64,000 nt of DNA from the human T2T-CHM13v2.0 reference genome, Homo sapiens. The first letter of the stretch is position 1. Every line of letters begins with the position of its first letter. The DNA is taken from NCBI RefSeq assembly GCF_009914755.1, contig NC_060942.1; one strand, given 5' to 3'. Under the pieces are notes generated by a model, which saw only the letters and a program-made list of their open reading frames with translations, was not told the DNA's origin and searched no databases. Below, piece after piece: positions 60,780-64,000 of this stretch. Position numbers and translations under genes: made by a program.

Positions 60780-61288
60780 TGTAATTGTGCCAGGCTCAAT
60801 TGCCTGGTGCGCAGCCAGTTAATACACCAAGACACCGTGAATTGCAGCAGAGAAAGAGGCTTAAGACAGGAGGAGACCTCAAATCTGCTTCCCTAAGGAG
60901 GCTAGGGCTTTTAAGGGATTTGGGATGAGTAGTGGGCTGGGGATCACTGATAGGTCAAGAGTGAAAGGTGAGGTCATGAAATGGGAGGATGAGGAAAGAA
61001 CATTCTTGTGCTGACTTGGTTCTTTGGTGGGAGTCTTCAGACTAGCTGGCATCAGCCATTCTGCTGGAATTCAGGATCTGAAAACATTTTAGGTGAGTCT
61101 TAAGCACAAAGGCCCTATAAATTCTATCTATAGAAAAAACAGGGAAGCAAATGGTCAGCATCTAGTGCTACTTAACTTTCAGTTAGTAGGTAGCTATAGT
61201 AAAGTAGGCCAGAAGGCAACCTGATTCATGCATAATTGTGTCTAAAACCTAGCATGAAATTCTCGTTAACCCTGTGGGGACAGTTTCA
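60780..61288 (-). mobile_element. ERV1 (MER4-group) solo LTR, subfamily uncertain
   Basis: tg...ca termini; 'ttgcagcagagaaagag...ggagacctcaaatctgcttccc', 'ggaattcaggatctgaaaa', 'ggacagtttca'. Confidence 0.7.
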
Positions 61289-61878
61289 CTGTCACTACCT
61301 ATTTACCTCACAATCCCATTATTTTAGGGACTGTAAAATTATTTTAAATTAAGGACAAGTTGTATAATAAGTAGATGCTTTTAGATGTAACTTTCCACAT
61401 TTCCTCCAATGAGGCAAGTTTTGGTAAAAATGATAATGGTTTGGGGAACTTATACTCTAGTCTTAATTTTTATATCTCTCATAAGAGTTTCTGGGTGAAT
61501 GGGTTTTCTTTATGTTAATGATGTTCTCAGACCAAGTAGAAGATAGATTATTTTTAAAGCAATCATCACATTTTTTAAATAAGTATTTTTCTTAGAACAG
61601 AATAAGTTCTAAGTTCCCGGGAGTCTCATTTCATTCTCATAAACCTTTGTGTAATGGACTGGTTGAGAAGGAGGGAAGAGGAAGAATCAGAGAGGGTGGC
61701 AACTTAAGGGAAGGCATTGCTTTCTAAACTCTGGGTAGGAAATCTTGGGAGTTCCAACCAAACCTACAGCACATAGTCACACTCTGAAGATTCAAAGTAT
61801 ATGAGAACGTACATAACACTTAAATGTTACTCAAAATGCTTTATTCTTTCATTTTCATTCTCTCTTTACCTTACTCAC

Positions 61879-62242
61879 TGTATTAGTCTGTTCTTACACT
61901 GCTGTAAAGAACTACTTGAGACTGGGTAATTTATAAGAAAAGAGGTTTAATTGACTTACAATTCCACAGGCTATGCAGGAGGCATGGCTGAGGTAGCCTC
62001 AGGAAACTTACAATCATGGCAGAAGGGCAAAGGGGAAGTAAGCACATCTTCACATGGAGGCAGGAGAGAGAGAGAGTGAAGGGGGAAGTGCTACGCACTT
62101 TCAAACAACCATGTCTCATGATAACTTAATATCATGAGAAGCGCAAGAGACAAGTCTGCCCCCATTATCCAGTTGCCTCCCCCAACACTGGGGATTACAA
62201 TTTAATGAGATTTGGGTGGGAACACAGACCCAAACCATATCA
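61879..62242 (-). mobile_element. MSTA MaLR solo LTR
   Basis: tgtattagtc...ccaaaccatatca termini; TSD ctcac / ctgac. Confidence 0.92.
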
Positions 62243-62869
62243 CTGACAATCTTTTCCCTTACATTTTCCATTTATGAACCATAATTATCACCTAGGAAAT
62301 TTTGACATATGTGATACTCTTTGTATTTAGAATAAGTTAGGCATTCTGAAACATTTTAAGTGATCTATTAATAAAAACAAACTTTGATAGAAAAATTTAC
62401 TGATTGTCTCTGAGATAACATGAAATAAAATATACTTTCACTTCTTTCCTCTACTACACAGAGTCAAGGGTGTGCAAGCAAAGTGTTCTATTATATAATT
62501 TTTGTGCCTCAGTTCCTTTATGTTCCAGGGGCAGATTGTAGACCTATGTAATTTTTCTAAATGATGATATTCGCTCTACCATCTCCAAATAACAGAATCT
62601 ATGGAAAATTAGATCTAAACTGACATTCCAAGTTGACAATCTATCTAAGGGTGTCGTCTATGCATTGATTCTTTCAGCAACAGAAAAAAATTACAAAACA
62701 TTTATCTTAGGGAGTCTGACACATGCTCAATTTATTCCTGATATGTAGGAAAATGGGGGAGATCTGACATTAAAAGCTGAAATTTCTCATATTAAGAAAG
62801 AATATATGAAAATAATACCGGATTGAAGTGCATACAAGGATGCCTTGCTGTCCTCTGCATGTCTCTTAT

Positions 62870-62931
62870 TGGAAATGATAGGACAATATACCCTCCTCCT
62901 ATAAAAAGGCTATATTGTCCTATCATTTCCA
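62870..62931. repeat. Perfect 21-bp inverted repeat with 20-nt spacer
   Basis: tggaaatgataggacaatata (62870-62890) is the exact reverse complement of tatattgtcctatcatttcca (62911-62931). Confidence 0.97.
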
Positions 62932-63894
62932 GTGAAATGTAAATACATGCCTTTAGCCCCTTCAATTGAGTTTTAAATTCTTAATCCAAAAAAAATCTAA
63001 TCATTCTCAAATATCTACATCAAAGTCTTGCCATACTACTTGACATGTCTAACACCAATATCATTTCTTGGGAAAGGTATGGGAGTCTTTAAAACCTGAT
63101 TATTTTAACTTGTTTTAGGCATTGTTGTTCTTGGGCACTATGGTCTATCAAGCAAGAAATTTTCTGGAACTCTTTTATCTAATTAAGCCAGTATCACCGA
63201 CTCTTAAAGAGAAAGCATGATTTTGCATGAATATGTCTAAAAGTCATGTAATTATGACCTTTAGGAGGGAGGAGAGGAGAGAGAGAAGTTAGGTTATGTG
63301 CAAAAGACTCTTTCAGAATGGGTAGGACACAGAATAGTCTGATGGGAGACCAGGAGAGCAGACTCAAGTTCCCGGAAGCAGCTCTGACGGTTCTAGTGGA
63401 AGACAGATTTTACCTAATTCTTAATTGTGTCCAGGCGTCACTTACCCCACAAGGATCTATTGAGCACCAACTATATGCTGGGAGCTTGTATTAGTTTTGC
63501 ATTTCTTTCATGCTACTTTAGATTCTGTGAAGGCAAATGTTGACCTCATGCAGCACCGAGAAATTCTTCCATGGTGGAAAGACCTACACATACAGCAGCT
63601 GCAATTCAAGAGTTTTGAAGTTTTTATTGGTGGTTTTTTTTTAAGCAATAGTTTTTCTACAGCAAATCTCTCACTAACAAGATGGCCATTCATGATATAA
63701 AATTAATTTTTGCAGTAAAATAACTCCTACTCTTTATGCCCATTATTTTGTACTGCTGCTCTCCTCTTACTGACCACTGCATATGACCCTAAAAACATCT
63801 CAAGCTCACAACCCTAGAGTTCATGCTGCATCTCTGTGGTCTCTCATAGACCACATCTAAGCTACTGTCAAGTTCAAGTGCTCTTTTTCTTTTT

Positions 63895-64000
63895 CTTTTC
63901 ATTTACTCAACAAATAATTATGGAGTGCCACATGCCCCCATAATAATAATCACCACGTGCCTGTCATTGTCCCAGGCTTTGGGATATGGAAATGAGCAAA
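63895..64000 (-). mobile_element. L2 3'-end fragment
   Basis: 'tcatttactcaacaaataattatggagtgcc...ccaggctttgggatatggaaatgagcaaa'. Confidence 0.5.

Overview
This is AT-rich primate genomic DNA, most likely human or ape (it carries an AluY and an L1PA3-like element). It reads as intergenic or deep-intronic sequence. I recognise no cellular protein-coding exon; the only ORFs with recognisable homology are L1 ORF2p remnants and Alu/MaLR-derived frames. Much of the window is interspersed repeat: Alus, L1, L2, MIR, MaLR and ERV1 LTRs, and hAT and Tigger DNA transposons, many with visible target-site duplications (TSDs). Five things merit follow-up. (1) A perfect 21-bp inverted repeat with pre-miRNA-like geometry at 62857-62950. 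(2) Two ancient ERV1-class proviruses of one family, each keeping both LTRs, in divergent orientation (about 21.9-25.1 kb on minus, 29.2-36.0 kb on plus). (3) A CpG-enriched promoter-like kilobase near 18 kb followed by good + strand splice signals, suggesting a spliced lncRNA or 5'UTR built partly from antisense LTR/ERV sequence. (4) A tRNA-like A-box/B-box/T4 arrangement at 18.9 kb. (5) A nested transposon stack at 42.6-44.9 kb and a short, possibly locally templated insertion at 48.1 kb. Repeat subfamily names come from my memory of consensus sequences and are tentative; boundaries without a TSD are approximate. The sequence alone does not prove a new biological system.
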